DNA from: Deltaproteobacteria bacterium
GTDB taxonomy: Bacteria > JAGRBM01 > JAHCIT01
Assembly (NCBI GenBank): GCA_026129095.1
Contig: JAHCIT010000001.1
Coordinates: 558,245 to 618,770 of the forward strand
Reading direction: 5' to 3'
Length of the DNA stretch: 60,526 nucleotides
The notes under the pieces are model-generated. The model was not told where the DNA came from. It made no database searches and saw only the letters and a program-made list of their open reading frames with translations. Made by a program: the position numbers and the translations under genes. Shown here piece by piece: positions 48,856 through 58,093 of this stretch (its first letter is position 1; the number at the start of each line of letters is the position of its first letter).

Positions 48856-49728
48856 CTAGGGCCTTTTCAGGCAGCTATCAAGATAATCCGAAAGTTGGTC
48901 CTTCCAATGCCGAGGAGGCTGAGCGGGGAAAAACCGGCTCCATTTGTCCAGTGACAAAACAGACCACGCAGGCCGCCGGGCCGGAGCAGCGAATTCGGCT
49001 GACGACACCGGCACAACCCTCTTTGCACGGATCAGTTCGCCCCGCTTTTGGGCTCCCTCCACAATTGCCTTGGCGAACTCATACCATGTGCAATTTCCCG
49101 ATGCGGTCCAATGGAGCAGCCCCGTGACGTCTGGCCGGCCGGGGAGCAGCCAGAGTGCACGAGCGAGGTCATGGCTCCACGTCGGCGCCCCCCGCTGGTC
49201 ATCCACCACGCGAAGCTCGTCCTGTATACGGGAACGGGCCAGGATTTTCTGTGGGAAATTGTTCTGTCCCGGTCCATAAACCCAGGACGTACGGACTACC
49301 ACCGCGAGGGGATCGGCCTCACAAACCCGCCGCTCACCTTCAGCCTTGGATCGTCCGTATTCACTCCGGGGGTTTACTGGATCATCCGGCTCATATGGCT
49401 GTGTGCCGTCACCACCAAACACATAGTCAGTGGACAGATGCACAAGACGAATTCCTGCCGACCTGCACAGTCGCGCGATCTGTCCGGGTGCTTCCGCATT
49501 GGCCCTCCAAGCGGTTTCCCTGTTGGTTTCGCAGGCGTCCACAGCCGTATAGGCCGCACAATTAAACAGGAGATCCGGACGAAACTCACTAATGACCGTT
49601 TTAACGGCACTATCACTGGTAATATCGAGTTGACCATGCGCGTATGCCATTACAGTCGTATTTTTTGGGGCCGTAGCAACAAGATCGCGGCCTACCTGTC
49701 CCCCCGCTCCCGTGATAAGAGCTCTCAC
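48856..49728 (-). CDS. rfbD: dTDP-4-dehydrorhamnose reductase
   Basis: TGAGGQVG, AAYTAVD, STDYVF and YGRSK motifs. Confidence 0.95.
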   Translation of the reverse strand: MRALITGAGGQVGRDLVATAPKNTTVMAYAHGQLDITSDSAVKTVISEFRPDLLFNCAAYTAVDACETNRETAWRANAEAPGQIARLCRSAGIRLVHLSTDYVFGGDGTQPYEPDDPVNPRSEYGRSKAEGERRVCEADPLAVVVRTSWVYGPGQNNFPQKILARSRIQDELRVVDDQRGAPTWSHDLARALWLLPGRPDVTGLLHWTASGNCTWYEFAKAIVEGAQKRGELIRAKRVVPVSSAEFAAPARRPAWSVLSLDKWSRFFPAQPPRHWKDQLSDYLDSCLKRP

Positions 49729-49731
49729 GAG

Positions 49732-50142
49732 TCACCGCACCCTGTTCCCGTCAATAGCTCTATTGGCAAGATCGTCAGCCTCACGGTTTTCTTCCCGGGG
49801 CACATGGCGAAATTCATAGGGGCTGAATCCTGTGAGCAACTCGGCTGCCCGGTCCCGTAAAGGGCGCAGCCGGGGTTCCTTTACCTTCCAGCGCCCGAGT
49901 GTTTGCTCAACTACCAGCTTGCTGTCGGCACGGCAGCGTACGCCCTTGGCACCCAGTTCCTGTGCCTTTTCCAGTGCAAGAATAATCGCCTCATATTCAG
50001 CCTCGTTATTGGTACGGCAGTCACCAAGATAGGCCGCCACCTCTGCTACGATCCGGCCCTTTTCATCCTTGAGCACGGCGCCAGCTCCGGCAGGACCGGG
50101 ATTTCCACGGGCCGCACCATCGGTATAAATCGTTAAAATCAT
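49732..50142 (-). CDS. rnhA: Ribonuclease HI (archaeal/actinobacterial-like subtype)
   Basis: TDGAARGNPG, TNNEAEY, DSKLVVEQ and HVPREENREADDLAN motifs. Confidence 0.9.
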   Translation of the reverse strand: MILTIYTDGAARGNPGPAGAGAVLKDEKGRIVAEVAAYLGDCRTNNEAEYEAIILALEKAQELGAKGVRCRADSKLVVEQTLGRWKVKEPRLRPLRDRAAELLTGFSPYEFRHVPREENREADDLANRAIDGNRVR

Positions 50143-50208
50143 CCGGCACCCCTGCGCGCCAACCAAAGTCCCTTGAAGGAGGCGTCCCATCCTGTAGAAT
50201 TGCCAGTA

Positions 50209-51012
50209 ATGCTGAGCAAGTGGTCACGGGTGGTCCTAGCCGTATCGGCACTCGCCCTGTTCGCCGGAATTTCGGGAATAAACCGCCGCTGGGCGGAGAT
50301 CTATGCCGGAGAGCCGCCAGTTTCCTATCTACTGCCCAAACCGGAACTGTTCCGGTATATTTCCCTCGGTTATGACAAGGCTGTAGCCAGCGCAATGTTT
50401 ACCCATCTTGTAGGGGCAATATCATGGGGTGTACAGCCTGAAGCTTACACCCAATGGGTGTACAACACCGTCAGAATCATCAACCTTCTGGACCCCCAGT
50501 TCTATACGCCATATGTGGTTGGCGGCTATTTCCTCAGGGCACAAGAGGGCAACGGACCGGATCTCGCCTTACAGCTGTTTGCCAGTGCATCCACAGTAAC
50601 AGACCTGTTCGAGCCATTCCTGATGACGGCCATGATCTACTATTTCGAGAAAAGGGATCTCGAAAATGCAGCCAAATGGTTTGAGCTCGGTAGCAAAAAG
50701 CCCAACGCTCCTGATTATGCAGGCCGAATCGCCGCCGGTATACGTTACAAATCTGATCCTCGGGCAGCGATGGAACTCATCCTGGATGCCTATTGCTCAA
50801 CCCCGATGCCCTTCTGGAAGGAGCGTTATGCCTATGAGTTCCTGGCCTATTTCGAGAAATCCGACATGTCTCCACAGGAACGCACAGCCCTGATTCAGGA
50901 GTTTATAAACCGCCTCATGGCCCCCACATGCGCTCTTCCCGGTGACACGCCAAGCATGGACTGGCTGACTCCCGAGTTGCGACAGGAAATAAGGCGGGTA
51001 ATGGGACAATGA
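50209..51012 (+). CDS. Membrane-anchored TPR-like protein (PilG/XapA-like)
   Basis: N-terminal TM; LGYDKAVAS..F, LDPQF..Y and YYF...D...AA.WF patterns; first gene of the ABC cassette. Confidence 0.7.
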   Translation: MLSKWSRVVLAVSALALFAGISGINRRWAEIYAGEPPVSYLLPKPELFRYISLGYDKAVASAMFTHLVGAISWGVQPEAYTQWVYNTVRIINLLDPQFYTPYVVGGYFLRAQEGNGPDLALQLFASASTVTDLFEPFLMTAMIYYFEKRDLENAAKWFELGSKKPNAPDYAGRIAAGIRYKSDPRAAMELILDAYCSTPMPFWKERYAYEFLAYFEKSDMSPQERTALIQEFINRLMAPTCALPGDTPSMDWLTPELRQEIRRVMGQ

Positions 51013-51977
51013 CTGAAATAATCTGTAATCAAGAACCGGTAATAACCGTGGAAGGACTTTCCAAGACTTTCCATACCGGTTTCTGGATGCGTCCCAAAAA
51101 AATCCTGAGTGATGTTTCCTTCGCCGTACGAACAGGAGAATGCGTCGGTTTCCTCGGCCCAAACGGAGCCGGAAAGACAACGACTCTCAAATGCATTCTT
51201 GGGCTCCTTGCTTATGAGCACGGAGAAATACGGATTTTCGGTCAGGATGCGCGTAAAGCTTCTGCCCGGTCGCGCATTGGATATATGCCGGATAATCCCT
51301 ATTTCTATGACCACCTGAAAGGCGATGAGTTTCTGGATTTGGCAGGCCGGCTTCATTCGATTCCAGGCACCGATCGCAAGCGGCGCATCAGCGAGCTCAT
51401 GGAACTGGTCGGGCTCCCGCATGCCCGCCGACTTGAACTTCGTAAGTACTCGAAGGGGATGCTGCAGCGAATCGGCATTGCCCAGGCGCTTATCAATGAT
51501 CCTGATATCGCCATTTTTGACGAACCAATGGAAGGCCTTGATCCGATTGGCCGCAAGGAAGTGCGCGACCTCCTCCGGAACCTGAACCGCGAACGGGGGA
51601 AAACCATATTTTTCAGCACCCACATTCTTCCGGATATCGAGGTGATCTGTGACCGGGTAATCGTCATCGCAGGAGGAGCACTGCAGGGCTCGGGTTCGCT
51701 TGCCGAACTGCTTCCGCCTGGAATCCGGTCATGGGAAGTCGTGTTTCGCTCTACGGAGGAAGCTGCAGGCAAGCTTTCAGTCGGCGCACAACCAGATTTA
51801 TCGCGGCCCGGGCTCTGGATCAGTCACAGTCGCTCCGAGGAAGACCTCAACCGTCTTCTATCTTCCTTGCAGTCTTCGTCAGAAGCCCAGATCATATCCG
51901 TCACGCCCGTGCGAGCACATATTGAGGACATTTTCTACGAGCGGTTTGGCAACCGGCCGCAGGGGGCGGCCTCATGA
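51009..51977 (+). CDS. ABC transporter ATP-binding protein (PilH/XapD-like)
   Basis: KTFHTGFW, GPNGAGKTT, YSKGMLQR and DEPMEGLDPIGR motifs. Confidence 0.92.
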   Translation: MTEIICNQEPVITVEGLSKTFHTGFWMRPKKILSDVSFAVRTGECVGFLGPNGAGKTTTLKCILGLLAYEHGEIRIFGQDARKASARSRIGYMPDNPYFYDHLKGDEFLDLAGRLHSIPGTDRKRRISELMELVGLPHARRLELRKYSKGMLQRIGIAQALINDPDIAIFDEPMEGLDPIGRKEVRDLLRNLNRERGKTIFFSTHILPDIEVICDRVIVIAGGALQGSGSLAELLPPGIRSWEVVFRSTEEAAGKLSVGAQPDLSRPGLWISHSRSEEDLNRLLSSLQSSSEAQIISVTPVRAHIEDIFYERFGNRPQGAAS

Positions 51978-52750
51978 TCGGACGAATCTGGGCTATAGGC
52001 CTCAATACTTTAAGGGAACTGGTGCGAGACCGGGTGCTCGCCGTGGCGCTATTCTTTGGCATTGCTATCACGATTTTCGCAGGTGTTGTTGCAGCCAAGA
52101 CGCCGTTGAACTGGGGAGAAGTGGTGGTGAACGTCGCCCTTGGCGGTATGAACTTTTCACTTGTCTTCATTGCGATCATCATCAGCGTGACGCTGCTGTC
52201 CAAAGAAATCGAAAAGAAAACGGTCTTTACGATTCTGACGAAACCCTTGTCCCGAGCCGAATTCCTCCTGGGCAAATTCTTAGGCATGGCCCTTACGCTG
52301 CTGGCTGCCCTGCTGATCATGACGGTAGTAGTAAAGTGGCTTTGCTGGCGCTCTGCCTGGCCGCTTCAGCCAGTATTCTACCAGGCTGTGGCCAGCATTT
52401 ATGGCGAGCTGATCGTCGTGGCTTCTGTGGCCCTGCTGTTTTCGTCGTTTTCGACTCCGTACGTGTCGGGGCTTTTGACTCTTGGCGTCTGGATTGCCGG
52501 AACCCTTGCCGGAATCGTCAATAAAATGGTGGTCGGGCCTGAAGATATGGATCTGTCCACCCTCCAGGCTATCAAGACGGTCTATCTGTTTCTGCCCGAC
52601 TTTACCCGCCTCAACCTGAAGGACCGGGTTCCATACAATCTGCCCCCTCCGGACGACTATTTTCTGTACGCCCCGCTATTTGTCTGCATGTGGACAGCAT
52701 CCTTGCTGACGGCAGCAATCCTTCTATTTGACCGCCGGGATCTGAAATAG
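51974..52750 (+). CDS. ABC-2 type permease (PilI/XapB-like)
   Basis: IGLNTLRELVRDR, KEIEKKTVFTILTKPLSR and FDRRDLK motifs; about 6 TM helices. Confidence 0.9.
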   Translation: MIGRIWAIGLNTLRELVRDRVLAVALFFGIAITIFAGVVAAKTPLNWGEVVVNVALGGMNFSLVFIAIIISVTLLSKEIEKKTVFTILTKPLSRAEFLLGKFLGMALTLLAALLIMTVVVKWLCWRSAWPLQPVFYQAVASIYGELIVVASVALLFSSFSTPYVSGLLTLGVWIAGTLAGIVNKMVVGPEDMDLSTLQAIKTVYLFLPDFTRLNLKDRVPYNLPPPDDYFLYAPLFVCMWTASLLTAAILLFDRRDLK

Positions 52751-53587
52751 TCAGGGCACGAACACGAGCTCGAAACCCGCCGATCGCGGTCCATGACCGG
52801 AATCCAGCATCTTTTCATCTACTATGATCCGGCTGGCATCCACTCCCCGTGAAACGAGATAGTTTTTGATACTCATTGCCCGCCGGTTCGCGTTGCGCTG
52901 AGCCAGCTCCGGGTTGTCAGTTTCATCGGAACTGGCCTTGACGATGACTTTCAGTATACGTGGCCGTTTCCCCATCAACAGTACGAGCCGGTCAAGCGGC
53001 GGGTAAGCCGATGGTGGCAGCGCGGTCTGCCCTTCGCCGAAGGAGATAATCTCCTTAAGTGGCTGAATCCGGAGGTCAGATGACCTGTAGCCTGCATCGG
53101 CAGCCAGTGCCTCATACATCAATGCCGCTGGCGGTACAACGGGGGCCGGGTCAGATGAAACCGGCGGCGGAGAAGTATCGGGAGATTTTGCGGCTTCGGG
53201 AGACTTCCCTGCCACCGGAACAGGAGCAGCCGGAACCAGCGGATTCAGGCGAAGTGTCAGCCGTGCACGCCGACGCTCTTTGATATTTATGTTGTCATAA
53301 AGACCTGTAATGAACCCATCAGCCATCACGCGTATCCGGTAGTCGCCAGGTGCCATTACGACAGAAAAATCTCCACTTTGAGGATCCACTGGAATCACGC
53401 GGGCGGTTTCCGAAGGTACCGAAAGTGATTCAATCTGAAGACGGGCCCCTGGAAGTGGCTCATCCGTCACCCCATGCAGAACCTTTCCGGTAAGCTCTCC
53501 AGTAGCCGGAGCCATTTCCTGGGCATGAACTCCGGCAGAAATAGAGGCGGCCACCAATAGGGTTGCCAATGCCATTTTTCGGATCAT
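52751..53587 (-). CDS. Exported protein: carboxypeptidase-regulatory-like domain, Pro linker and divergent OmpA_C-like domain
   Basis: Signal peptide; LTGKV..VTDEPLPGA; RRAMSIKNYLVSRGVDASRI. Confidence 0.8.
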   Translation of the reverse strand: MIRKMALATLLVAASISAGVHAQEMAPATGELTGKVLHGVTDEPLPGARLQIESLSVPSETARVIPVDPQSGDFSVVMAPGDYRIRVMADGFITGLYDNINIKERRRARLTLRLNPLVPAAPVPVAGKSPEAAKSPDTSPPPVSSDPAPVVPPAALMYEALAADAGYRSSDLRIQPLKEIISFGEGQTALPPSAYPPLDRLVLLMGKRPRILKVIVKASSDETDNPELAQRNANRRAMSIKNYLVSRGVDASRIIVDEKMLDSGHGPRSAGFELVFVP

Positions 53588-54231
53588 GAAGATTTCCTCC
53601 CGTGCCGGAAGCGATTGTGAACTACCATGTAGTCCCGTGCAGTTCCTGCACGGCGATCCAGCCGCTCGCGCAAGCGATGATAGTATTCATGAAAGTCACT
53701 TATGACAGAAATACCAAAAACTTCTTCGCCCGTCAGCCCCGGATAACCGACAGCAAGAGCCGCGACCACCCGCCACCCTTCCCGTGCGGAAAGAACGCGT
53801 TTTACCTCCCGCCCATCAAACCCCAGCACCGGGCACGAGCCCAATCCGTGTGTTTGCGCGGATGATGCAATTCGTTCCAGCGCCTGTATCAGGTCGAATC
53901 TCTCGCCGTCGATCGACCGGAGACGGTCCACCATAGCCTGACGTGACAGGGCCATGATGATGAGCGGTGCCGACCGGACCCAGAAGTTGATCCGGTTCAA
54001 TCCCTTGCAAAGGGCATCTCCAAGCTCTGCTCGCAGACCAGGATCAGAAACAAACACCAGCCGTTCCCGTGCCGGATCTCCTACACGCGGACCAGCCATT
54101 GCTGCCCGCTCCATGTCCGAAACCGCCCGGTCAGGTACCGGATCGGGCTTAAACGTGCGCATGAGGCCCCGGCCGGACCACTGCGAAAGCAGAAGCCCCG
54201 CAAGGTCGTCGGTGGGCGGATGCTCTGGCAT
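53584..54231 (-). CDS. Divergent nitroreductase-family protein
   Basis: RTFKPDPVP, GLGSCPVLGFD and LAVGYP motifs; canonical RRS and APSxxN motifs altered. Confidence 0.75.
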   Translation of the reverse strand: MPEHPPTDDLAGLLLSQWSGRGLMRTFKPDPVPDRAVSDMERAAMAGPRVGDPARERLVFVSDPGLRAELGDALCKGLNRINFWVRSAPLIIMALSRQAMVDRLRSIDGERFDLIQALERIASSAQTHGLGSCPVLGFDGREVKRVLSAREGWRVVAALAVGYPGLTGEEVFGISVISDFHEYYHRLRERLDRRAGTARDYMVVHNRFRHGRKSS

Positions 54232-54308
54232 ACCCCATTGTGTCCAGCGCATGGGGGGTACAGTCAACTTGTGATTGATGCACTGGAACTGGTTTCCGTT
54301 CACACTGG

Positions 54309-56471
54309 ATGACAGCCATGCAGTATGCAGTCGCCCCAGCATCCGACCCGTTTGACCGGATTCGGCACTGGTCAATCACAATACTGGTGATAATTTCACA
54401 GATTCTGCTGGTATGGGCAGATCCCACAGCTCGGCCATTTCATCTGGCAGTACTGGGAGCGGCTGTTCTGGGGCTGGTTCTTCCCGAACGGCAGCGGCTT
54501 TCTATCCCGGTCGCTTTCTGGAATACCGCCGTCGTACTTATGCTGGCCGGTGCCGTGCTCTGGATCCGTCAGGATCCCGTCATGCTATTCGAGGTGCTGC
54601 TCTATTTCCTCGAACTGCTGCTGGTCGTAAAGCTTTTCTCGCGCCGCCAGTCCCGGGATTATTGGCAGATCGTTGTGGCTGCCTATTTCATTCTTATTGC
54701 TGGCGTCATGGCCATGGCATCCGTGTGGACAATGGTGCTGCTCGTCGTGGTGCTCGGCTTCATTGTCATGGCATTGGTGGCAGATACGGCTGCCGAACCT
54801 GCGGCTGTTTCCGGCAACTTTGATCAGCCGGTGCTTGCCGGAGAAGGAGATCCGGCTGGCGATCTCCGGACCGGAACGGTGCTCACTCTCACCGTTACCA
54901 TTGTGGTTGCTGCAGCCACATTCGTTGCAATTCCACGCCTTTCAAGAGCCATGTTCGACATAGGCATGTTCCGAACCGGTGGAGGAACCCGGTCCGGATT
55001 TTCTGGACAGGTAGACCTGGCTCAGCGTGGCGAAATTGGACTTGATCCTTCAGTCGTCGGCCGTCTTCGTATCCAGCCAGTTGGCGACGGCCTGCCGGAC
55101 GAAATGTTCTATGTAGTTGGAAGACGGCTTGACCATTTCGATGGGATATTGTGGTACGCCGATGACTCCAATGCGACTCCGGTTTACCCAAGCCGTGGTG
55201 GAATCCTCTGGCTCCGGCCTGAATGGCCGGACCAGCGCGCCCGCCGCTACGAAATCCTCCTGAAGCCGATTGGACAGCCGTTCCTTCCCCACTTGGAGCG
55301 GACGATCGCCATCCGCTTTGCTCATCCGGTGCAACTGGCCACTAGCTATCCGCAAAGCAACGTCATTTTGGCTCCAATTCCATCCCAACCCATCCGTTAT
55401 GATGGATGGTTCACGGACCTCCCGATGACTGACACCAGTCGGGCCGACCCGGTAACCTACCTGACAGCTATTCCGGAGACGATTGACCCCCGAGTGAAGT
55501 TACTGGCCGCGTCGCTGGCTGCCGGAAATCCAGGCACCCGTGAAACCATCCGGCGCATTGATCAGCATCTCCGTGCTACCGGGTTTCATTACTCACTTGA
55601 ACGGCCAGCCACTGGTTCGGAAGATATCGTCGCTTCATTCCTGTTCGATTCGAAGCAGGGCCATTGTGAGTATTTCGCCTCCGCTGCTGCCCTGCTGGCC
55701 AGACTGAATGGCATTCCGGCACGCGTAGTAACCGGCTTCCTCGTGCGCGAAAGAGCGAGCGAAGACGAATGGCTTATTCGCATGCAGAATGCTCATGCCT
55801 GGGTGGAATATTTGGATCCTGTTTCGGGCTGGAATCGGCTGGACCCATCACCACGGGATCCGGGTATTGAACTGGCGGCACAAACACGATGGTGGCTTTC
55901 ACTCCAAACACTCATCGGGCGTATCGAGTTCTGGTGGCACGACAAGGTGATAGACTTTGAGCAGGCTGACCAGTTCAGGATGCTGAAAGCCCTTCTGGAC
56001 CAGCTAAACAGGATAGGCCATCGGGAAAACAAAACCGCAAGGACAGAGAATCAGGCCGAGACGGGAAGCTCCACAAGCATCCGGGATAATCTTGGCTGGG
56101 CTGTCGCGGCCATCATGGCCTTTGTCCTTATTGGTGCAGGATATTCTTCAGCAATCCGCCGGAAAAGGGCCCGTCAGAAGCACCCTGCAACCGGATACTA
56201 TCTCCAGCTTGCCGCAGTTCTTGGAATCAATGACCCCGAGGACGGTGGAATTCCCGCCGGGAAGGCAGTGTCTGATGCCGTTGACCGCCGGAAACTTACT
56301 CCAGCCCAGCGGGAGCGGATCCGCCTCTGGGTAGAAATGTACCACCAGGGCCGGTTTGGCCATATCGAAGGAAAACCTGGCGTCAAGCAGCTTGGTCTTC
56401 TGACCAGCGAATTAATAGCATCCCTGAGCATGCCGGAATCACCGGCGAACCCCGAGCACAAAGAGTCATGA
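54309..56471 (+). CDS. TgpA-like membrane transglutaminase (DUF3488 plus Transglut_core)
   Basis: About 6 N-terminal TMs; triad GHCEYFASA / HAWVE / LDPSP. Confidence 0.92.
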   Translation: MTAMQYAVAPASDPFDRIRHWSITILVIISQILLVWADPTARPFHLAVLGAAVLGLVLPERQRLSIPVAFWNTAVVLMLAGAVLWIRQDPVMLFEVLLYFLELLLVVKLFSRRQSRDYWQIVVAAYFILIAGVMAMASVWTMVLLVVVLGFIVMALVADTAAEPAAVSGNFDQPVLAGEGDPAGDLRTGTVLTLTVTIVVAAATFVAIPRLSRAMFDIGMFRTGGGTRSGFSGQVDLAQRGEIGLDPSVVGRLRIQPVGDGLPDEMFYVVGRRLDHFDGILWYADDSNATPVYPSRGGILWLRPEWPDQRARRYEILLKPIGQPFLPHLERTIAIRFAHPVQLATSYPQSNVILAPIPSQPIRYDGWFTDLPMTDTSRADPVTYLTAIPETIDPRVKLLAASLAAGNPGTRETIRRIDQHLRATGFHYSLERPATGSEDIVASFLFDSKQGHCEYFASAAALLARLNGIPARVVTGFLVRERASEDEWLIRMQNAHAWVEYLDPVSGWNRLDPSPRDPGIELAAQTRWWLSLQTLIGRIEFWWHDKVIDFEQADQFRMLKALLDQLNRIGHRENKTARTENQAETGSSTSIRDNLGWAVAAIMAFVLIGAGYSSAIRRKRARQKHPATGYYLQLAAVLGINDPEDGGIPAGKAVSDAVDRRKLTPAQRERIRLWVEMYHQGRFGHIEGKPGVKQLGLLTSELIASLSMPESPANPEHKES

Positions 56472-58001
56472 CGAAGATGGTCCGGCGGTTCCTGTCGGCA
56501 CATGTTCCGGCAACGCACCAATCCCGGCCTTGATTCCTGTCACCTTATAGACCGATACGGCCTGCTGCTTTCCCTTGAGCTGAAGATCGCCTGCGTGCTC
56601 GGCATCAACAAGATGCTTCACCTTCTCATACGTAGAACCGCTTATGGCAATCTCCCCACGGCGCGCCTGACCTTCCAGTCGAGCAGCTGTGTTCACGCCA
56701 TCGCCGATCGCCGTATAATCATAGCGCTCCTCGGTTCCTATATTCCCCACAACCACTTCGGCAGTATTGATACCAATTCCTACTTCCACCGGCTTCCAGC
56801 CCCATTCGATACGCAGCACATTTTCTGCATTTACTGCATCACGGATCCGGAGTGCGGCTCGAACAGCCCGCTCGGCGTGGTCGTCAAAATAGATCGGGGC
56901 GCCAAACAGCGCCATCACGCAGTCACCGATAAACTTGTCCAGCGTGCCCAGTTCATCACCAATAATGGCAGCCATCAGTTTGAAATACTTGTTCAGGATA
57001 TTAACCACATCGCGGGGATTCATCTCTTCGGACATTGTGGTGAACCCGCGAATATCAACGAACATGACCGTCACGGCCTGGCTTTTCCCCCCCAGTTGAA
57101 GCTGTGTCGGGTTGGAAAGCACCTGGTCCAGCAGGCCCTTGGATACATACCGGCCGAGGGCATTTGTCTCCTGTTCCTTACGGAGCAGTTTCGCCGCCAT
57201 CCGGTTGAATGCATGCGTGATTGCGCCAATTTCATCCGAGGTCGTTACCGGCGTCACGTAGTCGAGCTTGCCCCGGCCGACAATTTCGATTCCGCTCTTG
57301 AGAGTGGATAGCGGATTAACCAGCAACCGGGCGACCAGCATCGTGAGCATGACACCGAGAATGAAGATCGGCAGCGCAACCAGCGATACCCGGCGCGCAC
57401 TTTCGACGAATGCCAGCCGTATCTGATGCTCAAGGTTTACCAGAACCACAAGTCCGCCAATGGTGCGGTTCTTGAAGCTGACAGGAACCCATATCTGGCG
57501 CGTGCTTAGAATTTTCGTCAGGGCTGGCTGGTCTGTAACTTGAAATGGCTGACGGGTAACCGGATCAAAGTAGCGCTCGCCCGCATAGTTAATTTCAAGG
57601 GCTGACAGCACTCTTGCCTCATGATCAATAAAGAATGCCCCCACTACCTCCGGACGGCTTCGGAACACATCGAGCGCATCGCCCATGATAAGATCGTCCT
57701 GGATAAGGATAGATTCCTTTGCATACTTGGCCACCGTCTCCGACAGTGCGAGAAACGATTTTTCCTGTGCATTTTCGATCGATGCCTTTTCCTGAAAAAG
57801 CAGGACACCCGCAACCGATCCCACAGCAAGCACCAGAATGCCGACAACCAGCGTCTCAAGCTTGAGCAGCAGGGTAGCCCGTTGCCGGAACTCAGTCTCG
57901 GCCTGAACGCCTGGAGATACATTACCGGATGGCCGCACCGGACGGGCAACCGGCTTTGCCGGTGAATTTGCTTTTACTGTGGCAGGCTTGGCCGTGCTCA
58001 T
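56466..58001 (-). CDS. Membrane class III adenylate cyclase with periplasmic sensor and HAMP domain
   Basis: 2 TM; DEIGAITHAFNRM; FVDIRGFT, DKFIGD and YTAIGDGVNTAARL (K/T, adenine-type). Confidence 0.93.
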   Translation of the reverse strand: MSTAKPATVKANSPAKPVARPVRPSGNVSPGVQAETEFRQRATLLLKLETLVVGILVLAVGSVAGVLLFQEKASIENAQEKSFLALSETVAKYAKESILIQDDLIMGDALDVFRSRPEVVGAFFIDHEARVLSALEINYAGERYFDPVTRQPFQVTDQPALTKILSTRQIWVPVSFKNRTIGGLVVLVNLEHQIRLAFVESARRVSLVALPIFILGVMLTMLVARLLVNPLSTLKSGIEIVGRGKLDYVTPVTTSDEIGAITHAFNRMAAKLLRKEQETNALGRYVSKGLLDQVLSNPTQLQLGGKSQAVTVMFVDIRGFTTMSEEMNPRDVVNILNKYFKLMAAIIGDELGTLDKFIGDCVMALFGAPIYFDDHAERAVRAALRIRDAVNAENVLRIEWGWKPVEVGIGINTAEVVVGNIGTEERYDYTAIGDGVNTAARLEGQARRGEIAISGSTYEKVKHLVDAEHAGDLQLKGKQQAVSVYKVTGIKAGIGALPEHVPTGTAGPSSS

Positions 58002-58093
58002 GCCGGACTTATTTCCACAATCTGGCCCATTGTTCCACCAAGAGGCATGGATTGATTAAACCCGATCCTGAGCAGTGGTTCAATGCCTTCATG

